Source: Candidatus Versatilivorator sp.
GTDB lineage: Bacteria > Acidobacteriota > Terriglobia > Versatilivoradales > Versatilivoraceae
Assembly: GCA_965207735.1 (NCBI GenBank)
Contig: OZ242296.1
Coordinates: forward strand, 1,792,001 to 1,856,000
Reading direction: 5' to 3'
DNA: 64,000 nt
Both the position numbers and the translations under genes were made by a program. Each line of letters opens with the position of its first letter. Positions within the stretch are counted from its first letter, which is position 1. A model generated the notes under the pieces. It ran no database searches and was not told where the DNA came from. It worked only from the letters and a program-made list of their open reading frames with translations. Shown piece after piece: positions 20,882 through 31,422 of the stretch.

Positions 20882-21122
20882 TGGAGCCTGCAATAGTCGC
20901 CCAATTCCAGACGCAGAGAAAGCGGGTTGCGTCGCACAAGAGATCTTAGTAGGTCAGGACGGTGCTGTCCCCCACCGACCAAAGTCCCCCTTGCCGCACA
21001 GTGCTCAATGAGATTAAAATGTCGGGTTGATCCCGGCGGTTCGGAGGGTCTTCCGCTGGTCCTGTGCCGGCCTTCTTCCCGGATGCCGGCCGGCCCTAAT
21101 GTGGCAATTCCAAGGAGAAACC

Positions 21123-21926
21123 GTGCACTTCACCCAGGAACAAATCGAATTCTTCCAAGCTAACGGATATCTGCTGGGCCCCCGGGTGCTGTCGGAGGCC
21201 CGGATCGCGGAGTTGAAGCAGCGCATCCAGGGCATCCTGGACGGCAGCGTCTCCTTTCCCCAGCTCTACAAGGGAGAAACGGTGGAAAAGTCCGATGCCA
21301 AGGGTCAGTTGCCTTCGGTGAAGGTCGTCAACCTTTCCCGCCACGACTCGGTGTTTCGCAAGGTTCTAGGCAACGAGGCCGTCAGCACTCTGGCCCACGA
21401 CCTCATGGAAGGGCCGGTACGGCTCTGGGAAGACCAGATGATCTACAAGCCGCCCTTCGACCGCGAGACCACGCTGGGGTGGCACCAGGACTACACCTAC
21501 TGGAACCACGTCTATCCTTCGGACCTGGCCACCTGCTGGATCGCCATCGACGATGCCACCGTCGACAATGGCTGCATGTACGTGGTTCCGGGAAGTCACC
21601 GCTGGGAGCTGGATTACTCCCGCGAGGACGTGGACGTGACCGACCCGGAGTGGCTCCTGAAGCGCTCCGATCTACCCGCCAAAGTGGAACCGGTGGCCTG
21701 TGAAGTGCCGGCCGGCCACTGCCATTTTCACCACTGCAGAACCTTTCACGGCTCCTACGGCAACAAGACCGACAACCCCCGGCGGAGCTACGTCATGCAC
21801 CTGATGCCGGGAAATATCCGCCGCGGCGGCGATGACTGGAACGACCGCATGGCCTCGGTGGAGGGAGTGGCCGTGGGAGAGATCGTAAAAGGCCCCAGCT
21901 ATCCGGAATTGCCGGTTTCGGCTTAG
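21123..21926 (+). CDS. Phytanoyl-CoA dioxygenase-family (PhyH) Fe(II)/2OG enzyme
   Basis: WHQD, NGCMYVVPGSH, HCRTFHGS; AAGGAG RBS before GTG 21123. Confidence 0.9.
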   Translation: MHFTQEQIEFFQANGYLLGPRVLSEARIAELKQRIQGILDGSVSFPQLYKGETVEKSDAKGQLPSVKVVNLSRHDSVFRKVLGNEAVSTLAHDLMEGPVRLWEDQMIYKPPFDRETTLGWHQDYTYWNHVYPSDLATCWIAIDDATVDNGCMYVVPGSHRWELDYSREDVDVTDPEWLLKRSDLPAKVEPVACEVPAGHCHFHHCRTFHGSYGNKTDNPRRSYVMHLMPGNIRRGGDDWNDRMASVEGVAVGEIVKGPSYPELPVSA

Positions 21927-23206
21927 TCCTCAATATTCCTCCACTCCAACTGCAGGAATTTGAAGGGCTTGTCCCCGAGCACCTTGTATCCGTGCTTGAC
22001 GAAGCGGGGCGTGAAGATGATGTCTCCGGGGCCGACCTCGCGCTCGAACTCGCCCACCTCCCACAGCGCTTTGCCCTCCAGCACGATTTCGATCTGCTCC
22101 ATGTCCGGATGGTAGTGGACAGGGGTGTTGCCCCCAGGGGCGTACTGCACCAGGGCGATGATCGCCGATTCCGAGTTGATCTGCGGTGCGAGAAAGGTCA
22201 CCTGTGAAATGCCGAAGTGCCCTCCGGCTGCCTCGGCGCTGATTTGCTGGATAGGATGGGTCTTTTCGGAGATCACGTACCCCACCGGCTCCGCCACCGC
22301 CACATCCAGGGCTCCGCTCCCGTCGAGATCCAATCCCTTCTTGGCCCTTGGCCACCAACGGGTAAAGCCTCCCAGATTGAACTTGAGTCGGGATACGGTG
22401 TGAGGGTTGGCCTTGCCGTTGGCGACGAACAGTTCCCCCGAAGCCGTGAAGTCCAGACCGCTGGGAGATTTCAGCGTCGGATTCTTGACGGGGTCTCCCG
22501 CCACCAACTCCCCCTCGCTCAACAGAACGCGGTGAAGCTGGTCAGTGGCGGCATCGGCAATGAAAGCCTCGCCCCAAGGGCTTTCGGCAGCGCCTGTCAG
22601 TTCACCTCCCGACAGAACCAGGGCGGTTCGGGGACCGCCCGCCAGGGACTCTCCCGACTTGTCGGTGAGCTGGTAGACGTGATCGCCGGAAATCCCGAAG
22701 ACCCGGCCCTGCAACACGAACACATCCCGGTAGGTGCTCCCCGTCATCTTTCCGAACTTGTCCTTCACGGGATCTCGACGGGGTGCGCTGTTCCAGTCCT
22801 TGAAGTACATATGGCTCCGTTGGCGGAAGGTCTCGTCAAGATTCGGGTCTTCAAGGAGCCGCCCGCTCAGACCGGCACGGTCCCCCGGATTGCCGTCGTA
22901 GAGCCTGAGCCGGTCGGCGGCCGGGTCGTAGACCAGCCGGCCCCTCAGGTGCCGCTGGCGGTCGTATACCGAGAGGATATTGCCCCGCTTCATGGCAATT
23001 GAGGCGGCAGGAAAGATGCCTGGGAAATCCTGGTCGCTGTAGGAAGCCACCTGCTTGACCTCGTCCTGCTTGTCTCTGATCTTGTACTGGACGATCTCCC
23101 CCTCGTTCTTGAGGATAAAGATCCGCTCCGTGGCCAGACAGGGCAACAGGGTGAAGAGCAGCAGCGGCAACCCCAACAGCGGGGTCCTCAGGGTGCGTAT
23201 TGTCAT
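21923..23206 (-). CDS. Secreted protein with beta-propeller-like N-part and C-terminal cupin
   Basis: Signal peptide; SPSGLDF NHL-like repeat; cupin motifs PVHYHPDMEQ and PRFVKHG. Confidence 0.7.
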   Translation of the reverse strand: MTIRTLRTPLLGLPLLLFTLLPCLATERIFILKNEGEIVQYKIRDKQDEVKQVASYSDQDFPGIFPAASIAMKRGNILSVYDRQRHLRGRLVYDPAADRLRLYDGNPGDRAGLSGRLLEDPNLDETFRQRSHMYFKDWNSAPRRDPVKDKFGKMTGSTYRDVFVLQGRVFGISGDHVYQLTDKSGESLAGGPRTALVLSGGELTGAAESPWGEAFIADAATDQLHRVLLSEGELVAGDPVKNPTLKSPSGLDFTASGELFVANGKANPHTVSRLKFNLGGFTRWWPRAKKGLDLDGSGALDVAVAEPVGYVISEKTHPIQQISAEAAGGHFGISQVTFLAPQINSESAIIALVQYAPGGNTPVHYHPDMEQIEIVLEGKALWEVGEFEREVGPGDIIFTPRFVKHGYKVLGDKPFKFLQLEWRNIED

Positions 23207-23289
23207 CGATTCCTCCATTCCTTTGGTTGTTCCGGAGACACGGGCAATGCCCCGACTCCATGTCATTCGGGGCAAGCCAGTCGGAAAAT

Positions 23290-24141
23290 CTAGCGAAATT
23301 GCAGCCGGGCCCACTCCTCGGCGCTCCGCACGGCGCGCTCCGGCCGGCTCCGGCTGCGGGCGATGTGTCCCTGGTCCTGGCGCAGGGTCGGTTGGCGGGC
23401 GTCCTGATAGCGCCAGTCCAGGTTCCAGCGAACCGTCCGGCTGCGATTGGGCAAGCCCTGGTGAAACAGCAGATTGCTGAACAGCACCATGTCCCCCGGG
23501 TCCAGCTCGATGGATACGGCCTTCTCGAATAAGGGCGTATACCTGGGGTCGACGATCTCCAGGTAGTAGCGTCGGCTGACGTGGGGCACCACCCCCAGCT
23601 TGTGGCTGCCCGGGACGAACTGCATGCAGCCGTTCTCCTCCCGCGCCGGCACCAGCGGCGACCAGACATTGAGCATTCGCAACTCCACCACGTCATCTTC
23701 CTGTACAGCGTCACTAGTGTGCACGAAGTGGGTGTAGCCCCCGTCCTGGTGCCACCAGATGCGAGTGCCCTCCCAGTCGGGGAGCTTGGGACGCACGGTG
23801 TAGTTGGGATAGAGGCGAATCTCGCCGCCCAAGACCGACTCGACCAGGTCGAGGAGCTCCGGATGAAAAAAATAGCCGAAGATGCCGGGCAAGTGCAGTT
23901 CGCGGCGGAAGCTTTGGGGCGCCCGGTCCAGGCAGTCCCGGAACAGCCGGTAGATCCGGGTGTCGAAGGGCTCGTCTGCAAAGGAGGACTGGACCCGTCC
24001 CTCCCGAATCAACCCGGCAGCCAGTTGGTCGACCAGCCCGTTGAGATCGGCCCGGGCATCGGCCACCACTTGCGGTTCCACCAGACCCCGCAGGACGACA
24101 TATCCCTCCTCGTCCAGTTGCTTTCTTAACCCAGATTGCAT
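23290..24141 (-). CDS. PhyH-family dioxygenase
   Basis: WHQDGGY, NGCMQFVPGSH, LLFHQG. Confidence 0.9.
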   Translation of the reverse strand: MQSGLRKQLDEEGYVVLRGLVEPQVVADARADLNGLVDQLAAGLIREGRVQSSFADEPFDTRIYRLFRDCLDRAPQSFRRELHLPGIFGYFFHPELLDLVESVLGGEIRLYPNYTVRPKLPDWEGTRIWWHQDGGYTHFVHTSDAVQEDDVVELRMLNVWSPLVPAREENGCMQFVPGSHKLGVVPHVSRRYYLEIVDPRYTPLFEKAVSIELDPGDMVLFSNLLFHQGLPNRSRTVRWNLDWRYQDARQPTLRQDQGHIARSRSRPERAVRSAEEWARLQFR

Positions 24142-24268
24142 GAGGTCATTGGAGCGGGCTTGGGGCACAGACAGACTCCCAGGAGCAAGCAGGGATCATA
24201 GAGTAAATGGGTGGATAAATAAAGAAGGCCGGCGAGGATCGCCGCAGTCGATCGCGGCAAAAAATACT

Positions 24269-25020
24269 TGCCTGAAACAAACGACAAGAGACAAAAGAAA
24301 AAGACTTATCCACGAAGGGGCACGAAGAACGACGAAGGGACACTAAGGCGCTGAGGTTAACCGCGACGGGGTGCCAAGGTCACAAAGGGATTATCGATTT
24401 CTGATTGTTTGACTCTCGAATGATCTGCACGGCAGGACAGGGGCCGGCTTGCCTCAAACAGACGAAAAAAGACAAAAGACAAAGAGTTATCCACGAAGAG
24501 ACACGAAGAACGGCGAAGGGCCACTAAGGCGCTGAGGTTTACCGCGACGGCATACCAAGGTCACAACGGGATGGTCGATTTCTGGTTGTTTCACTCTCGT
24601 ATGATCCGCCCGGTACGGCGGCGGCCGGACTCGCGGACAAAACGGGAGTTTTCCAAAAGGCGCCCGTCGGCTTTCAGAGAATTCGCCCCCCCGGATACCC
24701 TCCATCGCACCATCGGGACGCCCGCGCTCCCGGGTGGCATTCTCCCCTGACGCCGTGACACCAACGTCACAATATTGCAGAAGCGCCCGGGCGCCGCTCG
24801 TCATTGACCGAGCTCCATCCCTATTCGTCCCCATTCGTGTTCATTGGTGGTTCGTCTTCATTTCCAAAACCAAAACGGCTGGCTGTTTATCCTGTCTATC
24901 CTGTGCATCCATGTTCAATCAGTAGAAAACCGGTTTTGCACGACAGTGCCCTTGTTCCCGATAGGACATGAAGATGCGTTGTTTCACTCTCGTATGATCC
25001 GCCCGTCGTGGGGGGCGGGA
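24269..25020. repeat. Composite repeat array 3: two tandem units plus an insert with a half shell
   Basis: Units at 24269 and 24450; sites at 24407, 24588 and 24981; 24883-25018 aligns with 1861-1996. Confidence 0.85.
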
Positions 25021-25153
25021 CTTGTCCCCAAGAACCGGCGCCCGTGCGGTCACACCCGATGCCATCGTGATATGGTAGGAGCGGACGGCGTCCGACGACG
25101 ATCAGTTCCACCATCGATTCCAGCCGGTCACATCCAAAAGAACCCCAGGAGCC

Positions 25154-25945
25154 ATGCCAGTGAGAAAGAGCAAAGTCTTGAAAAAATTCCGCAGCGGCAA
25201 GTTCGCCCGGATCTGCGGAATGGGACACTTCCTTCCCTTCTTCATTCGCCACGCCGCCCACTCTCGATACGACGGGATCTGGTTCGACCTGGAACACCGA
25301 GCCATGAACGACAGAGAAGTGCAGTCCATTCTGGCCCTGTGTCAGCTCCACGATATCGATTGCATGATCCGTCCCTCCACCCGGGAACCCGCTCGCCTGT
25401 ACCGGTACCTGGAAGAGGGAGCCGCCGGCTTCATGTTTCCCTTTGTCAACAACGCCCAGGTCGCCAGGCAACTGGTCCGGGCGGTCAAGTTTCCACCTGT
25501 GGGCGACCGTGGAGTCGACGGGGCGGGAATGGATGCAGACTACACCCTGGCTGCCTGGACGCCGGGGAGCGACTACTGTGGGGAAGCCAACCGCGAGACC
25601 TTCATCCTGGCACAAATCGAGACCCCTGAGGCGCTGGAAAACGTGGAAGAAATCGCTGCCGTGGAGGGGATCGACTGTCTCTTCGTGGGTCCCGCCGATC
25701 TCACCCGTCGCATGTCCAGCTTGCCCGGGAACAAGCCGTTCGTTCTGGATGACGCCGTCCAGCGAGTGGCTGAGGCCGCCAGCCAAGCCGGCAAGGCCTG
25801 GGGGGTCACTGTGCCCTCTCTGGAGGCCTTGGCAAAATACCGCAGGATGGGAGGCCAGGTGATGCCCTGGGGAGGAGACTATTTCCTGGTCGGGGTCCTG
25901 GACCAATGCCGCCGGGACCTGGATGGAGTCCTGGAACCGGAATAG
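25154..25945 (+). CDS. HpcH/HpaI aldolase family
   Basis: WFDLEH, KFPPVGDRG, AQIET, LFVGPADL. Confidence 0.9.
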   Translation: MPVRKSKVLKKFRSGKFARICGMGHFLPFFIRHAAHSRYDGIWFDLEHRAMNDREVQSILALCQLHDIDCMIRPSTREPARLYRYLEEGAAGFMFPFVNNAQVARQLVRAVKFPPVGDRGVDGAGMDADYTLAAWTPGSDYCGEANRETFILAQIETPEALENVEEIAAVEGIDCLFVGPADLTRRMSSLPGNKPFVLDDAVQRVAEAASQAGKAWGVTVPSLEALAKYRRMGGQVMPWGGDYFLVGVLDQCRRDLDGVLEPE

Positions 25946-25954
25946 GGCCTCCCC

Positions 25955-26899
25955 TCAGCGCACGAACCAGCGGGCCGCGCAGCGCACCTGGCTCTTTTGA
26001 AACTGGAGGGTGTAGGGATTGACCAGCCAGCGGGCCAGGTAGCCGTCGGTGCGGGCCAGCACCCAGCCGAAATCCCAGCCCTTGCTCCGGTATCGGATCG
26101 GAATGGAGGGCTTGACCCGGACCACGGGTTGGGCCGCCCCCCACAGCCGCTTCTGCTCGGTATAGTAGTAATTGGGGCCCACGTGAACGAATACCTCGTG
26201 GGCCATGGCCTTTGCCGGGTCATCGGCCAGGTCGGCGCACAGACCCCGAAGCGCCACCTTGACATCCCGGCCGCGGGCGCATTCCCTGGCCAGATCCTCT
26301 ACAGAACCGGACACAACCGTGCCGTCCTCGGTGTGAGAGAGGACCTCTTCCCAGACGTCCAGCACATGGAAGCCGTAGGACTCGAAGTCATAGACAAAGT
26401 TCTGGCTGGGGGCGTTGGTGCCCGCATCCCAGTCGTCGATGCGGTGGGTGTTGGGATCGGAACCCTGATCGTACGGCGGTGAGGACCCCGGCAGGCCTTC
26501 GTCGGGCTTGCCGTCCAGGTAGGGCCGGGCGATGGCCTGAAGGCCGTTCTGGTTGTACATGAAGAACGACATGGAGGCCCTGGGTCCAAAGCCGTCCTCC
26601 ACCAGTCCCACCGGCTGCCTGAGATTCATGATTCCGGCCGTCCAGCGATCTTCCAGCAGATAGGTCACCCGAAAGTCGGAGACTTCCTGAACCAGTTCGG
26701 GATTGTCGGAGTCCCGGTCCACGTGCTCGTTGTGCCGGAACTCGGTATAGATTCTGAGATCGGCGCCCCGCCGGATGGCGTCAGCCAAGGCTTTCTCGCT
26801 GCCCGCCACCGGCTGGCGCTGCTTGTCCAGGGAGAGAGCCAGTCTCCAGCGGTTGCCTTCCGGCGGCGACTGCTCCCTTGAATCGGTATTCTCGACCAT
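25955..26899 (-). CDS. Hypothetical protein with internal two-fold repeat
   Basis: WRLALSLD...AGSEKALADAIRRGADLRI versus WEEVLSHT...SGSVEDLARECARGRDVKV. Confidence 0.7.
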   Translation of the reverse strand: MVENTDSREQSPPEGNRWRLALSLDKQRQPVAGSEKALADAIRRGADLRIYTEFRHNEHVDRDSDNPELVQEVSDFRVTYLLEDRWTAGIMNLRQPVGLVEDGFGPRASMSFFMYNQNGLQAIARPYLDGKPDEGLPGSSPPYDQGSDPNTHRIDDWDAGTNAPSQNFVYDFESYGFHVLDVWEEVLSHTEDGTVVSGSVEDLARECARGRDVKVALRGLCADLADDPAKAMAHEVFVHVGPNYYYTEQKRLWGAAQPVVRVKPSIPIRYRSKGWDFGWVLARTDGYLARWLVNPYTLQFQKSQVRCAARWFVR

Positions 26900-26979
26900 G
26901 GGTCTTGACCTTTCCTGTTTTGAAGAATGGTTGGTGTCGATGACGGCCAGTTTCAGGAAGTAACCTCCCCCTACTGAAT

Positions 26980-28557
26980 TCACTCCCGGTGCCTCAGGGG
27001 ACGACCGGGAAACCGGTCCAGCAGCTTCCCCTCCCGCAGCGCCCACTCGCCGTTCACCAGAAGGTGGTGAATGCCTCGGGGGGTATGGCGAGGGTCCATG
27101 TAGTCGGCACGGGTGCCGATCCGATCCGCATCGAATACCGTCACGTCGGCCCAGCATCCGGGGGCCAGCAACCCTCGCCGTTCCAGCTTGAATCGGCGGG
27201 CCGGCAGCGCCGTCGATTTGCGCACCGCCTCTTCGACCGTGAACCAGCCTTTCTCGCGAACGAATTCTCCAAACAGGGTCGGATAGGTTCCAAAAGTCCG
27301 AGGATGGGGATTCCCCTCGGTGTAGACGCCGTCGGTGATGATGGAGGTCAGCGGGTGACTCAACACCTTGCGTAGATTTTCTTCCGACTGGTTGAAGGAA
27401 ACTATCATCAGGGAGGCCCGGGTCTCCTGCAGCAGATCCAGGGCTGTTTCCACTCCGGAACGGAGGCGTTCCTCGGCCACCTGTTGAATGGTCCTGCCGA
27501 CGAGGGCCTGGTGGATCGTCGCCCGCGCCGATGCGATCCATTGGTGGCCCCCCTCCCGGACCGATGCAATCAACAGGTTCTCCCAGCCGTTGCCCAGGTT
27601 GGCCTCGGTCTCATCCGCGATCCTGGCCCGAGTGTCCTTGTCGGACAGCCGCTCCAGCAAGCGCTCGGTTCCCCCCTCCAGGGCCCAGCTCGGCAGAACC
27701 TGAGTCAAATGGCAGGATCCCGCCAGATAGGGATAGGCATCGATCCCCACGTCCACACCGTCCCCCAGGGCCTGATCCACCAGGTGCAGCACCGCATCCA
27801 TCTTTTCCCAGTTCTTTCGGCCCACCGTCTGCAGGTGGGAAAGCTGAACCGAGACCCCGGTCTCCCGTCCCAGGTTGAGGGCCTCCTCCACGGCCTCCAG
27901 GATGTGAAACTTGTAGTCCCGTAGATGAGTGGTGTAGAAGGCGCCGTATCCGTGAACGACCTTGCAGAGACGGACCAGTTCGGCGAAATCCCCGTAGCTG
28001 CTGGGGGCTTCGTTCAAGCCGGTGGAGAACCCGATCGATCCCTGCTCCAGGCAGGAGGACAACCTCCGCTCCATCCGGCGCCACTCCGCCGAATCCAGCC
28101 CGGCCGCCTTGATCCCGCAGACGTTGGCCCTGAGAGTGGCGTGGCCGGTGAGAGCCGCCACGTTGGTGCGGCTGCCGGTCTTCTGCAGGTCATCGAAGTA
28201 GGCGGCCGCATCGGTCCAGGCCCGCGAACCCCTCCTGTCGAACAGGTCGAAACTGGGAACCAGCTTCTCCGAGGGCAACTTGGGAAAGAGGGAAAACCCG
28301 CAATTGCCGACGACTTCGCTGGTAACCCCTTGCAGGACCTTCTCTGGGCGGTGTTCCAGCACCTCCAGGTCGCTGTGGCTGTGTACGTCGATGAAACCGG
28401 GCGTGACCGTGAGCCCGGAGCAGTCCACCACCTCCATGTCCGGCCCGGCGGTGACCGCGCCCACCTCCCGGATTCGGCCGCCTTGGATCAGGACCGACGC
28501 CTCCCTGCCGGGGCTGCCGCTGCCATCCACCACCCTTCCGTTGGACAAGAGAATCAT
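26980..28557 (-). CDS. N-acyl-D-amino-acid deacylase (D-aminoacylase)
   Basis: PGFIDVHSHSD, VVGNCG, YPYLAGS, HPRTFGTYP. Confidence 0.9.
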   Translation of the reverse strand: MILLSNGRVVDGSGSPGREASVLIQGGRIREVGAVTAGPDMEVVDCSGLTVTPGFIDVHSHSDLEVLEHRPEKVLQGVTSEVVGNCGFSLFPKLPSEKLVPSFDLFDRRGSRAWTDAAAYFDDLQKTGSRTNVAALTGHATLRANVCGIKAAGLDSAEWRRMERRLSSCLEQGSIGFSTGLNEAPSSYGDFAELVRLCKVVHGYGAFYTTHLRDYKFHILEAVEEALNLGRETGVSVQLSHLQTVGRKNWEKMDAVLHLVDQALGDGVDVGIDAYPYLAGSCHLTQVLPSWALEGGTERLLERLSDKDTRARIADETEANLGNGWENLLIASVREGGHQWIASARATIHQALVGRTIQQVAEERLRSGVETALDLLQETRASLMIVSFNQSEENLRKVLSHPLTSIITDGVYTEGNPHPRTFGTYPTLFGEFVREKGWFTVEEAVRKSTALPARRFKLERRGLLAPGCWADVTVFDADRIGTRADYMDPRHTPRGIHHLLVNGEWALREGKLLDRFPGRPLRHRE

Positions 28558-28570
28558 CGGGGTCTCCTCC

Positions 28571-29539
28571 TCAGCGCTTGAAGAAGAAATTCTCGGCCGT
28601 CTTCACCAGTATCTGGTCCTTGTCGCTTTCGCTCAGGAAGTCGGCGTGATCCTGAATCAGGGCCACCGCGGCCCCAAAGGTGTTTGGGGGCTCGAGCGCC
28701 TGAAGGGGACAGTCGCTTTCCCACATGCAGCGTTCGGGACCGAAGGCCTCCACCACCCGGCGGATGAGCGGAAGCTGTTCCAGGTAAGGAGGCTTCTTGG
28801 CCCCCAGCGCATAGAAGGCACCGACCTTCACCATCACGGCAGGGTGCTTGGCCATGGCGCACAGGGCGGTAATCTCTTCTTCGGGGAAAGTCCCCCGCCT
28901 TCCGATCAGACAGAGGTGATCGATGATGACCGGGGTCTGCGGATGGCGCCGGCACATGCGGTCCAACTCGGGCAGGTCGGGAGGCGACATCAGGAAGCTG
29001 AGGGCCAGGCGGTGGTCGGCCGCGGCCTGGAACATCCTCTCGTACCCCTCATGGTCGAGCCAGCGCGGCCCGTCACCCAGGCGCGGCCGGGTGCTTTTTC
29101 CCCGAATGCGGAAGGCCAGGATGCCTCCCCGGGCCAGGGACACCATGGTCCTGTCGGGTCGGGCCAGACTGACATCGGTCACCGCCGGGACGATCCCCGT
29201 CCCCACGAAGTTCTCGGGCTGGGCGGCGATGATGTCCAGAATATAGCTGTGGTCCAACCCGTACCAGGTCATCTGGATCAAGTTGGTGCGACGGACCCCC
29301 TGGGGCCGGCTGTGGCGGGCCAGGTCCTCCGGAGTAAAGCTGGGAAACCAGAAGTCCTTCTTGCTGAAGCCCGGCGCCAGGGGATATTTCTCGGTATCCG
29401 GAGTCCACACGTGGACGTGGGCGTCCACGATATCGGTCCGCTTGCCTGGAGCGGCAGCCGCGGGCGTTGGCCTGCCGGCCGCCAGCAACGCCAGGCCGGC
29501 GCCCGATACCAGCAATTCTCTACGGGTGATTTCTTTCAT
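28571..29539 (-). CDS. Amidohydrolase_2 family, Tat signal
   Basis: TRRELL, VDAHVHVW, IIDHL, FGPERCMWESD. Confidence 0.85.
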   Translation of the reverse strand: MKEITRRELLVSGAGLALLAAGRPTPAAAAPGKRTDIVDAHVHVWTPDTEKYPLAPGFSKKDFWFPSFTPEDLARHSRPQGVRRTNLIQMTWYGLDHSYILDIIAAQPENFVGTGIVPAVTDVSLARPDRTMVSLARGGILAFRIRGKSTRPRLGDGPRWLDHEGYERMFQAAADHRLALSFLMSPPDLPELDRMCRRHPQTPVIIDHLCLIGRRGTFPEEEITALCAMAKHPAVMVKVGAFYALGAKKPPYLEQLPLIRRVVEAFGPERCMWESDCPLQALEPPNTFGAAVALIQDHADFLSESDKDQILVKTAENFFFKR

Positions 29540-29619
29540 CGTGACCTCATGGTTTGGCAGGACTGTCTTTATCTGAACCCGGAGTCCAGGAGACCGAGAC
29601 CGGTCCGCAGCAAGGCAGG

Positions 29620-30759
29620 CTACCCCTTCTTTGCCGCCTTTGTCACGGCCTCGGTGTAGGCAGCGCCAGCGGCATTCAGGCTCCGGAGGGCTTCCTCGGG
29701 CAGGGTGATCCGGGTTCCCGCGAAATTGTCGGAAACGTGCTCCGGCTTCTCGGCTCCGGCCAGCACGCTGGTGACCTCGGGATGGCTCAAAACCCAGGCC
29801 ACGCACACCTGGGGTCGGGTGACCCCCAATTCATTGGCGACCGCGTCCAGCGCCTCTATGGGACCCTGCAACGGGGATCCCTCCGGGACTTCCCGGCCCG
29901 GGGCCAAGCGTCCTTCCCCCAGGGGGCTGAAGGTCAACAGGCCCAGGTTGCCCCGGCGAATCAGGGGAAACAGCTCCTGCGCCATGAAGTCCTTTCGCTC
30001 GGCGGCTACCAGGTTGTAGTAGTCCTCCAGCCCGGCAATGGGGCTCTTGCCCTCCCGCTTCCCCAACTCGATCAATTCCCCCACCTGACGGGCCAGGTGG
30101 TTTGAAACCCCCCAGTAGCGGATCTTGCCGGCTTTGACCAGTTCGTCCAGGCTGTCGGCGAGCTGCTCCATGTGCTCGGCTGTCGGGACATCGGCCGGAG
30201 GAGAATCCGCATCTTCCCTCGGCGTCCGCTCATCAGGTGAATGCAACAGGTATAGATCGATGTAATCCGTCCCCAGGCGCTTGAGGCTCCCCTCCGCTTT
30301 ACGGAACAAAACGTCGCGAGTAAAGACCAGCCTTTCCGATTCGGGGCCATCCACGGGCGCAGCCTTGGTGCAGACAACCACCTGGTCTCGCCTTCCGGCC
30401 ATGGCTTTGCCCAGAACCGTTTCAGAACCGCCCCAACCGTAGGCCTCGGAGGAGTCGAAGAAGTTGACGCCGATGTCGATGCAATGGCGCAGGATGCTCA
30501 GCCCCTCCGGATCATCGGCCTTTCGGCTTACCTTGCGAAAGGCGGTTCCCTGGCACAACCTGGACACGTAGAGATCGGTGTGCCCGAACCTCACCAGGTG
30601 GGAGGGCCGCTCAACCGCCGGCTCTTGGGGCGGAGCCGACTCGCACCCGGACAGATTGCCCAGCAACACCCCTCCGGCGGCCGTGCCACAGGTTTTCAGA
30701 AAGTCACGGCGATCCAGGAAAGAGGAGGCAAACGGCGAGAACCGGGAAATGACCGGCAT
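29620..30759 (-). CDS. Aldo/keto reductase with Tat lipoprotein signal
   Basis: DRRDFLK...LSGC; FFDSSEAYG, SLKRLGTDYIDLYLLH, GKIRYWGVSN. Confidence 0.9.
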   Translation of the reverse strand: MPVISRFSPFASSFLDRRDFLKTCGTAAGGVLLGNLSGCESAPPQEPAVERPSHLVRFGHTDLYVSRLCQGTAFRKVSRKADDPEGLSILRHCIDIGVNFFDSSEAYGWGGSETVLGKAMAGRRDQVVVCTKAAPVDGPESERLVFTRDVLFRKAEGSLKRLGTDYIDLYLLHSPDERTPREDADSPPADVPTAEHMEQLADSLDELVKAGKIRYWGVSNHLARQVGELIELGKREGKSPIAGLEDYYNLVAAERKDFMAQELFPLIRRGNLGLLTFSPLGEGRLAPGREVPEGSPLQGPIEALDAVANELGVTRPQVCVAWVLSHPEVTSVLAGAEKPEHVSDNFAGTRITLPEEALRSLNAAGAAYTEAVTKAAKKG

Positions 30760-30971
30760 GGCATGATCCTTTCGTCTCTTGGCTGCTGCCGCCCGGGAAG
30801 GAAGTCTGGCGGGAGCGGGAGCGCGGTTGGCTTCAAGTCGCTGCTCCTGAGGGAAGACACTCAAGAGTGAGCGCTATTCTCTACCGGCGTCTAAGGCGGG
30901 TCAAGTATGAACGGTCAGTGTAAAGGGTCAGGTCGGGACCCGGAAAGGAGGCAACGCTGCAAAACCACAAG

Positions 30972-31269
30972 GGGGAAAAGAGTTATCCACGAAGTTTCAC
31001 GAAGGGCCACCAAGGGGTTGCAGAAGAATCAAGAGCGATCCGCCAAGGGTTGGAAAGGGCCACCAAGCGAGACGGACTTGCTTCAATGGCACGCACAGCC
31101 GTTCAATGGACAATTAACATCGATGCACAGGATCCACAGGATTTTTTCGGGAAACGGCTGGCTTGCAATCCCGGGCATCCGCAAATCCGCACGGGATCAT
31201 CGCCCGAGCCGGCTTCTGGTGCAGGAAGCTCTCGTCCTTTTTATCCTGTGCATCCTGTGCATCCATGTT
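30972..31269. repeat. Partial CACGAAG module plus GxxExxY-derived shell
   Basis: 31116-31269 aligns with 11023-11166 and has terminal IRs. Confidence 0.8.
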
Positions 31270-31361
31270 TATAAAAAAAGATATCGGTCCCCGGAGGCAT
31301 ACCCTCCCGCCCATCCACGGTCCCGATACCACCAACCGGTGTTAGCCCCGCCCCCGAGCAC

Positions 31362-31398
31362 AAAAAAAGGCAGTCAGGGCGTTGGCCCTGACTGCCTT
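31362..31398 (-). terminator. Intrinsic terminator of the TonB receptor gene
   Basis: AAGGCAGTCAGGGC-GTTG-GCCCTGACTGCCTT stem with a T-run on the minus strand. Confidence 0.85.
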
Positions 31399-31422
31399 GG
31401 GTCCTTCGAAAACGCCTGGGAT

